The notes beneath the pieces are model-generated. The model was not told the DNA's origin, made no database searches, and saw nothing but the letters and a program-made list of their open reading frames with translations. DNA of 64,000 nt from Chrysomallon squamiferum. Taxonomy: Eukaryota; Animalia; Mollusca. Below, in pieces: positions 53,001-64,000 of this stretch (the first letter of the stretch is position 1; each line of letters opens with the position of its first letter). The position numbers and the translations under genes were made by a program. The stretch lies in NCBI GenBank assembly GCA_012295275.1, contig CM022668.1, forward strand, positions 1,240,001 to 1,304,000, read 5' to 3'.

Positions 53001-53260
53001 AACTATTTACAAATGTTTACAGTGACCCCCCGTACACCACATGAACTATACGAATCTCCGAAAAGGTGATAGGAAAACTTGCAGAGGACACCTTCGTTGT
53101 TTTTATTGTTTTTTTTACTGTTTTTGTGGGAACTTATTTATTATTAGTAGTAAAATAACTAGTAGAAGTTGTTATAGTTGTTTCAGTCTGTCGTAGATAA
53201 TGTGTACCAGAAGTAGGAGCAATACCAGAGGAACAAGCAGCATACATACACAGTCACCCT

Positions 53261-53335
<75 letters not shown>

Positions 53336-53946
53336 TATACATATACACACATAATATGAAAAACAAACACTATTTAAAAATAAAAGTAATTTTCGTAGTA
53401 TATTTTGTTGGTGGTCTCGCTAATCCAGTGCAGACCACACTTCACCAGTTTTCCCACCCATAGCCACGGCTCGGCGCGGCAGAGCGCACTGTGCCAAACT
53501 GCTGAACACAACTCTTTTCATGCATTTGTCACCATGGCGAGCTTTGTTGGCAGTAATTTGAAGTCATATCCATAAAGGATTTACAAAACCATAAATACAG
53601 ATGTTTTTCTTTTTTTTTCCGCCTCGATTGACAAGCTGTTCAAATTAAAGCGCAGACTGTTTGGAAAGTATTTGATGAACTGTCGCTGGAGGTGAATTAA
53701 TTACTTACCGTGTGAGAGATCAAAGAGATTAATGTCAGGTTTCAAGTAGGTGTTCTTTCATAAGTGTCTGTCGTCAACTCAACTGCCCATCGTGTAACAG
53801 AGTAAACGTTTTGTAGTCAACCACATCGCGAGCAATCAAAAATAAATGAAAGTAAAAATTCTGTTAAATATAAATTAAAGTTAAACCTTCTTATTACAAG
53901 AAAATTTTACATTTTTAATTTAACCACAGCTTTGATTATAGTCCGC

Positions 53947-54008
<62 letters not shown>

Positions 54009-55520
54009 CTATAATTTCATTCTCTCACTCACTCTCAACTTATTTCTGTATATCATTCTCTTTGTTCGTTCTGTCTGTATAAGCAGTTCCTGTAATCACT
54101 GTATAGAAAAAAGGCGTGATTAAATGTTGTTGCAATAAAGAAACTGCATTAGTTACAGTTCGTTCATTTATTACACTTCTGCTCAACATAAAACGAAATC
54201 AACCTCTGCAGAACATTTGTGAGTTCATGTTCGTCTCGGATAACATTAAAACACTCGTATTTTCAACTGTTGTTCTTTCATCTGTAAAACACGCCACAGC
54301 CCGGGGTGAATTAGGACTTTCTTTTAAAAAGTTTTTTTTTTTTCACTCCGATCGAAAGCGAGACTTCACTTCAAAGGACAATAATCGAGTATCTAATGTA
54401 GTTAACAGCAATTCAAAAGGAAGTATGTGCACGTGCTACTCTTTGAAAACAGTGTTATACATAGCTTTAATTTGTCTAATTGCCACAAAATGTAAATTTA
54501 GGCTTTTTTCTTATTTCTAGAGGTCATATTACATTAAAAAAATTATAATAATAAAATAAAAAATACACAGACACACGATAAAGCACTTACCACTTTTTTC
54601 TCAATCATGACTGACATTAGATTAGTTAACAATGTTATTTTGTAATATGTCGATCACGGTAATAAATTCTAAAAAAGTCGTACCACATTACTTGAAATAT
54701 ACAAACAGCGACTGATCTCAGTGAATATCATCCGTATTTCCTACTGGACGCTATCATCAGTGATAATTAACAAAATGTAAAACTAAAAATATGCTATCCA
54801 TTTTAATAATATTAATAAACAAATACTTAACGCCCCTCCCCACGTCCCTGTTAAAAGCGTTTACTGCGGAGTGGACGCAGGATGTGTACGTCTCAAACTG
54901 TTTAGTGCCAAGAATGTCTGTGTTGTTTTATTTGTGTTTGAATGAAATTCAAAATTGGGGGGGGGTGCATGTCAAATGTTGAATGAATTAATGTCATAAA
55001 AGTTCATGCTGATAGTATGAAGTCAGGATGAATTTTCTTCGGTTAATTATCTTCTGAGATCTAAGTTCTCCTACATTATACAGTGGTGTAGGCGCATATA
55101 TTTCACAGTTTTTTTTTATATTTCATTTTTATATTATATAGATATATATACGATTAAATAACTTTTTTGCTATGTAACTGTTCTCGTTTTAATATTATGC
55201 TACATTTTTCAATTTCTGTTACATACAATCTGTAGTCATTTATTTTTGTTTTCTTATTTCTGAGACGGCCCTGTTGGTAATCTGACTGGAAATGGTTAGG
55301 TGCGTTGTTCACACACATTTCCAGTTAATGAATGTAGCTGTCTGCTTCTGTTGTAACTTTTGTCTAGAATACAGACGTCCTACTGCTGACTCTGTGCAAG
55401 TTACAAAGTATTTACACTTTATATTTGTTTCACTACAGTTTCTGCAATATTTTATGTGAATGTGGAAACAAAAACATATAAATTATTTGGTCAGAACTGT
55501 TTTGATTTTATTTATTTATT

Positions 55521-55576
<56 letters not shown>

Positions 55577-56495
55577 CATTTTTATTATTATTAGTCTTAT
55601 CATTATTATTTCTGAAGAAAGATTTGACCATATGGTAACGTTTCTTGTCTAGTTTTGTTTTGTTCTTAGTAAAAACGTGTACTAGTAAATATGAACAGAC
55701 GTTGTTATCGAGACTCTGGCAGTTTCTTCGGGCAAAATTCCACCTCCCGCTTCCATGAAAGGGAACGCGTATGCCGATGATAATAACTGATATTTACTTT
55801 TTCTTTTCTTATAGATCTGGTACCAGTTGATATTCTACGACTGGCAGTTCCGAACATCCAGTCAGTGCCTCCTGGTGTCAGTATTATTTACGACAAATAC
55901 AACCACGTGCATGCATTTACGTTTTCAAAGGAAGCTCACAGTCTGAGTTTCATGGCTGACAAAGTGTTCAAGCGATGTGGCTTCTTTCCGGAGGAGTTTT
56001 CACTGTTTTTAGTGCTAAGACTGCAACGACGTCAGAGACGAGAGGGTTGTATAATGTCGTTGTTCGACACAACGACGAACAGAAGTGTTATATCAGTGGT
56101 ATTATCAAACAGACGTGTTATATTCCAGTACGCCAGCCAAACTCTTAGATTTCAGACGACAGTACTCAAAGATGGGGCGTGGCATACGATTGGTTTCAGC
56201 CTATCAGAAGACACTCTTGTTATGACGTCAGATTGCCATGATCGACGCAAGCGCCTAGTTAAAAGAGTTATCCCAGCATTCCTTCCTGTAGGAAATGCTT
56301 CATTTGTAATTGGGAAGTGCCGCAAACGAGTGTTTCAGGTGATTTTAAAACCGTTTATGTAATTTTAACATTTAGTACATTTCTGAAGAAAAATGTATTA
56401 CTAGGTAGTTTATAATAAAAACATGTATGAACAGTTAATAAAAAGTATTTATTTATTTATATTTTTGGTTTCTTCTTCTTCTTCTTCTTCTTCTT

Positions 56496-56526
<31 letters not shown>

Positions 56527-59500
56527 TTATTATTATTATTGTTGTTATTATTATTAAGTCGGCCTAATTTTATTTCGACTGAAAATAACTTAGAAATCTA
56601 AAGGATTTATTCTTTTTTAACTGAATACTGATTTCTTTGTTCATCGGGTTTTAATCTGATATTGTTTAGTTTTTCTTTTACTGAATAATAAAGTCTAAAT
56701 TATCAATAATCTTAATTTATGAGTTTAATAACTGAATAAAACAGTTTGTTGATTTAAATTAAAAACAGAAGTATATAAAACATGTATTTTATCAGATAAT
56801 GATATAGTTAGTGTTTAACACTGGTTTAACACGTTTTATACAATACTGATTTTATACAATACTGATTTAATATATGACAAATACTATAATTTAATACGTT
56901 TTTAGGGATATGTCAAAGATATAATTTTGGTTCCTGGAGGAGACGCAACAGCTCGAGCTTGTCCCCCTAAAATTGAGTCACACCCAGAAATGAGCAACGT
57001 AGTTTCTACCTTTCCAGGTATATCTATTGTTATGTTAATTATTATATGTCCAGACTAGATACTTCGCTATTGTTATTAATCTCACTATCAGTAATTTAGT
57101 TGTAATAACAGTATTTTCATAAATTAATATTAAATAATGATCAAGTAGATACGGTGCATTTAGTCTAAATAATTGAAGCAAGAACGCATAAAAGAGCAGA
57201 TTTTCCCACGTTAACAACACAGCACGTACCAAATTGTCTAATTCGCATAATAATACATTCAAATTCAAAACTGAGCTAAGAAATTTAAGTTAAAGAAACT
57301 CAAACATGATTACTTTTAGGAATATAGAAATAAGGGTAATACGATGACGTAATAATTACTGTTTTAAAATTTAGCATTTTATCACCATGGAGTGTTTACT
57401 CCGGCTGGAGTGAAGTGTACTTGGAGTGACGTAGGTAACCTCGCTTTCGACACCCTGGCCCACCAGCTCAAAGTCTGCGTCAATGGAATCTGGCAAGAGG
57501 TCTCAGTGAGAACAGGTAATCAATCGAAGATCAAAGACTTTTATTCATAGTTTTACCTTTAATGGTTTAATATCACGAATTTTATCTCCTTGGCTTTGTA
57601 AAACTAAAACAATGAAAAACGAAATGAATACAGAACTTAGTCTTTATTATCTTGCTTTTGATTATATCGGTAATTTGATAGTTGTTATGCATTTTAATAA
57701 CAGAAACGATGGGAGCATATTCTATACATAAATAAAATAAATACATACATTTTACAGAGAAACGCAAACTGGATTATCTAGAAGAATACCAAGATATTGT
57801 TTTGCCTGCCAGTTCTATTGACGTTGAAATATTCCGGATACCTAAACAGGGCCTCTTTGCTATGTTTTCTTCTGCGAATTCTTCTAACAGAAAGAAGAGC
57901 TACTCTTCAGTTCTTAGATGGACTAATGGCGGATTCGAGCATTATCAGAAACTAAGCACAAATGCAGCACAATCATCAACGTTCTTCAGTATTGGAAAAC
58001 AGGTAAATCTGGAGAAGAAAAAAAAAAATAATAATACTAATAATAAAGTAAAAACAATAATAATTTTATTACATTATTGTTATTTTGTTTTGATTTGTTT
58101 TATTTACCTTCACTAGAAAAATATTAAAATAAATCCGTTTATCTTACATTTTCGATGATGTAAACAGCGTATATATAATATAAAGAAAGTCGCCAGATGT
58201 TTTAACTGTTCTTTTATCGCAAACAGCAAGATTCGTAGCCAAAATAAATAAAATAATAAAAGAGAAACCAATATTCAAAATTTATTTACATTATCGATCA
58301 CCAACAATACACCTGGCAAATTGTCATAAAATTTAAAACAATTAAAAAACAAAAAAACCTGTGTAATTTCTGTTGTTAAACGCGTGGGGAATCTTTGGTT
58401 ACGAGCTGAGGGAGAGAGGGGTTCCCTCGCCCTAAAATTATTACAAGTACCAACATCTAAAACAAAATCCTTTATCTTTTTGTTTTCTGTTCTAGTTTTT
58501 ATTTCTTCTTCTCCCAAAGTTTATATATTTTATTTATAAATTTAAATACTTGATATCTTCGTTCACTAAACATCTAGATGTAACAGAGAGAAGTTTTCTA
58601 ACCATTTATTTTTAAACGACGACACTGTGTGAATTCAGACTTGTGAAAACGCTGCTAAAACATGTTTATTTGAGTTTTATTTATTTCAGTTTTTCCTTGC
58701 AGTGGCAAACTACGGGTCATCACAGACTGAGTCGTGTAACTCCACGATCTTTCGCTGGAACAAGAAACGCAAAAAGTTCAAACTTTACCAAAATTTAGTC
58801 ACGTGGACTGCGAGAGATTTTGAACATTTCGAAATTGATGGACAGCATTTTCTTGCTGTTGCAAATTATGAGAAAGGTAAAAGCAAATTACAAGTAATTA
58901 CAGGTATGATATTCAAATAATAACTGAAAATGAAGATAATTCAGTTTCCAGTGATCTGTTAGCTTATTTTTGCATTTTTTATTTCACAACTTTTATATTT
59001 GGGGTTAATATAAAAAAAAATGTGTAAAAAACATTCTGTATAACTTGAACATTTCGTTTTTATTATTTTTAAATATATATAAGTAATATCCCTACAGAAC
59101 GTGTTGTTATCTCCGTTTTAACATAGATATCAATACTTAGTGAACTTCATTTTAAAATGTAGTATATACAGAAAGTTACTTCAGGTGATGATACTCATAT
59201 CAACTCATACATCTACGTCTGGGATGTGAAAAAGAGAAAATTTGTACAACATCAGAAAATAATGACAATAGGAGCGTACGACTGGACGTACTTCATGGTC
59301 AGCGGGTTTCATTTCTTGGCGCTGGCTAACGCCTTCAATGGAATGTCCACTCTGCTCTATTCCGTCATCTACTTCTGGCAGGATGGTCAGTTTGTCATGT
59401 TTCAAACTATGGAGGTACGTATCAGTATTCTCACAGTCACATATACATTTTCAAACGATCTAAAACTGAGGTTTCTTCGTTTGGACTTGGTCATATGGTG

Positions 59501-59574
59501 ACTTTATTTCTAACATAACTATGCTTTACAGTTCATTACTTTTTTTCGTTTTTTTTTTTGTTGGATTTTATTTT

Positions 59575-59621
<47 letters not shown>

Positions 59622-60581
59622 GCTTTCTATATTTAATATTTGAATTCACTACATTCACATCTGCAGCTTCGAGTGCAAGTCTTTCAATAAATCTAAATCT
59701 CCTACAGCAGATGTTAATAAACATTTTTACAATTAAAGGTGAAAAGTATTTAATACCTGTAGAACATCAAAACAAAGTGAGAATGTTAAACTAGTTAACT
59801 AGCTTTAATTAGATTGTTAGAGTTTCAAATGAAGTACAAATATTAAAAATTATTAAACTAACTTCATTCGAATTGTTAGTTTAAAATAAATTAAAAATAT
59901 TGATTATAATTGAACTTTAATTAAATTGTCAGTTCAAAACAAAGTTAAAATATTAATCATTATTAAAGTAATTAAATGTAAAAGTATTACTGCAGACAAA
60001 TGGTGCTACGGACTGGGAATATTTCACCATAAAGAACGACGTCTTCCTTGTGGTAGCCAACGCCTTCAACTACGGACCTCAGAACTACAAGGACATTGAC
60101 ACTTTCTATACGAATTCGACTATTTACAGACTAAATATCAAAAAGAAAATATTTGAAAAGTTTCAGATCATCCCGACCTACAGGTATGTTTTTAATATTT
60201 TTACTTAACACTAAAATAGTTTTAATAAAACATTAATTGGGAGATAACGGTCTAAGACCAAACTCTCTGTAACATTTACAAGTTGTAACAAGTATTAAAA
60301 TATTTAGTATATTATTTCAGAACTGAATGTAATAGTTTTTCATGTGTTTAATGTCGCATAAACGGACAGGTACACTGCAATAATGTTTGGTGCTCTGGTG
60401 TATCTCCTGTAACTATGTTGAGATGATCCCTCGCGTTCTTCGCGCTGAAGTACGTTTTTGTAGAACTTTACCAGCGAACTTGAAAATGACAGATCTAAAC
60501 GAATGTAAAGCCACAATTAATTATTAAATTAGTATAGTAGTTCTCAACTAAAAATCAGCCAAAGATCATAAAAAAAAAATG

Positions 60582-60619
<38 letters not shown>

Positions 60620-61198
60620 GAAGTAAAAAGGAGTAAAAAAAAAAAAAATAAAAAAAAAAAAAATAAATAAATAAATAAAATAAAATAAAAAGGAAAAAAT
60701 AAAATAAAACAACAACAAACCGCTCCAGGATACAGACCTATCTCTGGCAGAAAACATCCACATAAATGTGAGTCCGAGCTGTTCTCAGCCAGAGGAGATA
60801 GTAGTGGCTAAGGGGAGATAATTCAGATTTATAAATGGTTATATTCCCGATTCTCATAAATAGACAGTTATGCTAACGCGCATACACATTACACACAACA
60901 TCGTCATATTTGTACTTATGAATATTAATTGTTTTTCAGTGCTATTGACTGGGAATATTTCAGTGTAGGCGGAGATCATTTCCTGATTGTATCAAATGCA
61001 CAAAATGGCGGAACTGAGAGACAGCTGGACAGTGTTGTGTATCGATGGCAGGGACTGGACAAATTCGTTCCAGTTCACAGTTTGGTAACACTACCAACAG
61101 CAGACTGGGAGTCGTTCACGATCAAAGATGACGTTTTTCTGATATGTGCAAATGCTAAAGATACTACCTCTAAAGTTGTCAAAGTTAGGTTTACTTAG
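49966..61198 (+). CDS. TSPEAR: Thrombospondin-type laminin G domain and EAR repeat protein (TSPEAR-like); 9 coding exons, 660 aa
   Basis: Signal-like N-terminus, PCTDLVPVDIL, CGFFPEEFS, DGAWHT, LVPGGDATARACP, KLDYLEEYQ, then EAR/EPTP repeats (FLAVAN, S.IY.W, F..YQ.I.T.GA.DWEYF). Exons sum to 1983 nt with consistent phases. Confidence 0.93.
55815..56338 (+). CDS. TSPEAR: TSPEAR exon 2 (TSPN/LamG domain)
   Basis: ORF 55865 frame; cttatag / CAG|gtgatt. Confidence 0.93.
56906..57017 (+). CDS. TSPEAR: TSPEAR exon 3 (GYVKDIILVPGGDATARACP...)
   Basis: tttttag / gtatat; phase 0-1. Confidence 0.92.
57375..57515 (+). CDS. TSPEAR: TSPEAR exon 4 (..KCTWSDVGNLAFD..LKVCVNGIWQEV..)
   Basis: tttag / gtaatc; phase 1-1. 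Confidence 0.88.
57758..58002 (+). CDS. TSPEAR: TSPEAR exon 5 (KRKLDYLEEYQ...FSIGKQ)
   Basis: tttacag / gtaaat. Confidence 0.93.
58690..58876 (+). CDS. TSPEAR: TSPEAR exon 6 (EAR repeats)
   Basis: FFLAVANY...HFLAVANYEK. Confidence 0.95.
59185..59414 (+). CDS. TSPEAR: TSPEAR exon 7 (EAR repeats)
   Basis: INSYIYVW...TIGAYDW...FQTME. Confidence 0.95.
59996..60183 (+). CDS. TSPEAR: TSPEAR exon 8 (EAR repeats; absent from the ORF track)
   Basis: TNGATDWEYFTIKNDVFLVVANAFN...FEKFQIIPTY; ctgcag / gtatgt. Confidence 0.95.
60940..61198 (+). CDS. TSPEAR: TSPEAR last exon
   Basis: AIDWEYF...VYRWQG...KVVKVRFT*; AATAAA at 61344-61349. Confidence 0.95.
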
Positions 61199-61548
61199 TA
61201 TTAATGTCTTTGTTTTTAGACTTTTTAAACTGATATTTATTTATAACAAACTGTTTACATTCCTCAATTTGTGATTATATTTTTCTCTTTAAAATCCAGT
61301 TTTGTGTTATGTCATTAACTTTTTATATGATATTTCACAAACCAATAAATACTAAACATTTTCAGCGTTCATGTGCATTTTTCTTTTTAGTTAGAATATT
61401 CATCGTAGAGACATTCATGTATACTGTTTAATTTTCAAAACCGGACAGTCTCAGATTTTTCTTTCTATTAATTTCACTCAAGTCAAAACTTACACTCTCA
61501 CTCCAAATCTAAATATGTAAAAATCGGACTGTCTTTATGATGTATAAC

Positions 61549-61591
<43 letters not shown>

Positions 61592-61753
61592 TGTGTGTGT
61601 GTGGGTGAAGACACCCAATGATATGACAGTAATGATAATAATAACTAATAAATAATTCTGCTTATTTTATTCATTTTAAAGCGATTACAAAACAGTTATA
61701 AAAGCGTGAAGGAAACAAGACGGTTCTGTGAAGCTGCAGTCTGTCTTCTTGGT

Positions 61754-61780
61754 TCATGGGTTACACTTGTACAACGCAAA
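61754..61780 (-). CDS. Terminal exon (FALYKCNP*)
   Basis: ttctctttcag acceptor; TGA at 61756-61754; minus-strand AATAAA at 61671-61666. Confidence 0.85.
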   Translation of the reverse strand, partial: FALYKCNP

Positions 61781-61960
61781 CTGAAAGAGAAGAATTAAAA
61801 TTATCAGCCTCATTCTAGTTAACAAGTTATACAAAGTCAAAACGGTTACGATAATCGTAGATAATTATTATTAAACTTTTTTTTTTTTTAAATTTAAAAA
61901 CAGAAAAGTTAAATGAAAAAGAAAACAAAACGTGTGTCGAAAAATATTTTAAAATAAATA

Positions 61961-61995
<35 letters not shown>

Positions 61996-62399
61996 TTAAG
62001 GTGAGAAAAGAAAAAGTAACGATTGTAAAAAATAAAAATAAATAAAATTATTCACAAATGGACAGCAAAATACATTTATTAAAATAAACAGGAAACTAAA
62101 TAAATGGACAAAATTTAAAATCAAATCAAACAAAATGAGAACTCACTTCATCCAGATCTCCGTGGAAATTAGAAAATCCATCACAGGATGCAATTGTTAA
62201 AGCAGCTTGTCTCTTTTCAATGTCTCCTGCAATACACAACAGAATAATTTAAACAACATAACCTTTTTCTAAGACTAAAGAATATTTTGAAAGTTAATAA
62301 ATACTGACAACATTGATTTACAATAATACAACTGAAATAGATCTGAAAAGAAATGTGTCTCTGTTCCTGTAACGATCTCTCTGTCTGTGTGTGTATCTA

Positions 62400-62435
<36 letters not shown>

Positions 62436-64000
62436 ATTAATAATGAACATACCAGATAAAGGAACAGATCTAATTAATAATTAACATACCAGACAAAGGA
62501 ACAGATCTTTTGGCGCCGTTCACGACTCCTGTCAGGTAGTTACCATCATACTGAAGTTCTATATCATTGAAACCATGTTTCTGTCAGAAAAAAGGAAGCA
62601 AATTGTATTTAATACAACATTACTTTTAATGTATTGTTAATAATAATAATACTGAGTTAATATAGACGAGACAGAAAGAGAGAGTGAGTAAAAAAGAAAG
62701 AAAAAAGTAAGAAAAAGAAAAGAAAGAAAAGGAAGGTAGACGATTAACTTTACTTACTGCAGCCATAGACAGTATGACGGCTTTAGCGGTATTTCTCGTC
62801 TTAAGAGAAAAAATTATTTCTTGGTCGTTGGCAAGTATCATTATAGAAGCGCCACGCTTCATTTTCCCCTCGCAGTTCGCCACTAATGTTTGGTGTTGAC
62901 CATGTTGCCATAGTGATCGCATCTTGGAGTTCCATTTCACCTGTCTTCTCAGTCTCCTCGATGTGCCTCTGATAGGAATCAAATCATACTGGAGAGGACC
63001 GATGTACGTACGGTTAACTTGCACGGAGCCTGGTATTACTCGCTGTATTTTAACTTTACTGCCACCAAATATTCTGCCCTCTGCTCCGCCTCCTCCAGTA
63101 TTTCCAGCCCCGAAGCCGGGTTGTGTTTGGGTTTTAACTTTTATTTTATGTAGGCCTGGTGGAAATCCACTGCCCGTCCTAACTTGACCTTTAGAATCAA
63201 CAACCGTCCATTGTGAATTTGAAGTTAGTTTAGACAAGATGTCAGCAGGGATAGTTCCTGTGCCAGTTTTCACTCTACCGTCTTCTAAGACAAAAGACCA
63301 TCTAGAAAATATTTTACCACTTTCTGCGCCAGCACCGTCATTCCTGTTTCTGGCTGTATTAGCCGAGAAAGCAGAACCATCCAGTAATTCTGGAGGAATC
63401 TCACCAACTCCTCTTATAGGTTTTCCGTCTGGACTCAAAACAGTCCATCGCGTGGAGGCACCCTGGATTTTCTGCAGCACGTCTGTGGGTATTGGTCCTG
63501 TTCCTGTTCGCGATGAACCATCCGGTAGCGTAATTGTCCACTGCTTTTGTATTTTCGCGTTATGTACACCAGGAACGGAACTGCTTCCGCGAACAGGTTT
63601 TCCTTGACTTAACTGTCCAGGCTTGGTATTAATTTGTTGTAGTATGTTTTGTGGGATGGAACCTTTGCCAGATTTGACTGAGTGATCTGGCAGAGTAATC
63701 GCCCACCTCACTCGCTGACCGCGAACTTTCTGGAGAACGTCTTGTGGAATCGACCCAGATCCAGAACGAACTGACCCGTCTTGCAGAGCTATCGACCAGC
63801 TTCCAGGAGACATGACGCTCTTCTGGACAACTCCGCCTATTAAGGAACCAAACTGGGACGCGTTTGTTTTTCCTGTTTTTCGTTTCACACCATTAGTCAG
63901 TTTAAGAATGTGTGCTGGGATGTTTCCAGTCCCACTTTTCTTAAAACCGCGCGGCGTCATTATCATCCACTCTCTTACATTGTTTAGAAATTGTTCAGGA
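61754..64000 (-). CDS. 3' part of a Pif/BMSP-like matrix protein: W..DG..G.G.IP repeat region, RRLRR site and C-terminal LamG (ConA-like) segment
   Basis: Exons >64000-62758, 62580-62490, 62226-62147 and 61780-61754, with consistent phases. C-terminus QTLVANC..SIMIL..IIFSLKT..FNDIELQYDGNYLTGVVNG..GDIEKRQAALTIASCDGFSNFHGDLDEFALYKCNP* matches the LamG end of molluscan Pif/BMSP-family proteins as recalled. Family assignment is inference. Confidence 0.75.
62147..62226 (-). CDS. LamG exon (GDIEKRQAALTIASCDGFSNFHGDLDE)
   Basis: gtattgcag / gtgagt; FxGxLDE LamG_3 motif. Confidence 0.9.
62431..62508. repeat. 37-bp tandem duplication copying an exon end and its donor
   Basis: atctaattaataat[gt]aacataccaga[tc]aaaggaacag at 62431 and 62468. 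Confidence 0.92.
62490..62580 (-). CDS. LamG exon (KHGFNDIELQYDGNYLTGVVNGAKRSVPLS)
   Basis: ttttttctgacag / G|gtatgt; phase 0-1. Confidence 0.9.
62758..64000 (-). CDS. Large repeat-encoding exon (frame open to the window edge; true 3' end at GCA|gtaagt)
   Basis: ORF 62626..63966 continues upstream without a stop (PEQFLNNVREW); the track's tail after SMAA is intron. Confidence 0.92.

Noticed and set aside
57320-57335. Extra TSPEAR microexon (cttttag...AGG|gtaata)
   Set aside because: 16 nt breaks the frame and leaves only a 39-nt intron; exons 3 and 4 already join in phase.
62924-63607. Plus-strand ORFs 62924..63187 and 63239..63607
   Set aside because: Antisense shadows of the Gly/Pro-rich minus-strand exon.

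Overview
AT-rich, microsatellite-rich animal genomic DNA with spliceosomal introns, probably a mollusc (inferred from a Pif/BMSP-type LamG gene). Four protein-coding genes were assembled by hand from splice sites and reading-frame phase. (1) The 5' end of an ER-type J-domain gene, probably DNAJC10/ERdj5, on the minus strand, running off the left edge. (2) A 25-exon SLC4 Na-independent anion exchanger (AE2-like; CDS 17324-37627, about 1,405 aa) with candidate microexons, a GC-AG intron, a 9-copy tandem amplification of one exon/donor junction, a Tigger remnant and two 1-nt frame breaks. (3) A complete 9-exon TSPEAR-like gene (49966-61198, 660 aa). (4) The 3' part of a minus-strand Pif/BMSP-like shell-matrix-type gene, with a paired W..DG..G.G.IP repeat and an RRLRR site ahead of a C-terminal LamG segment. 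Most other ORFs in the supplied track are microsatellite or antisense artefacts. All gene identities come from recalled motif similarity; no database search was run.
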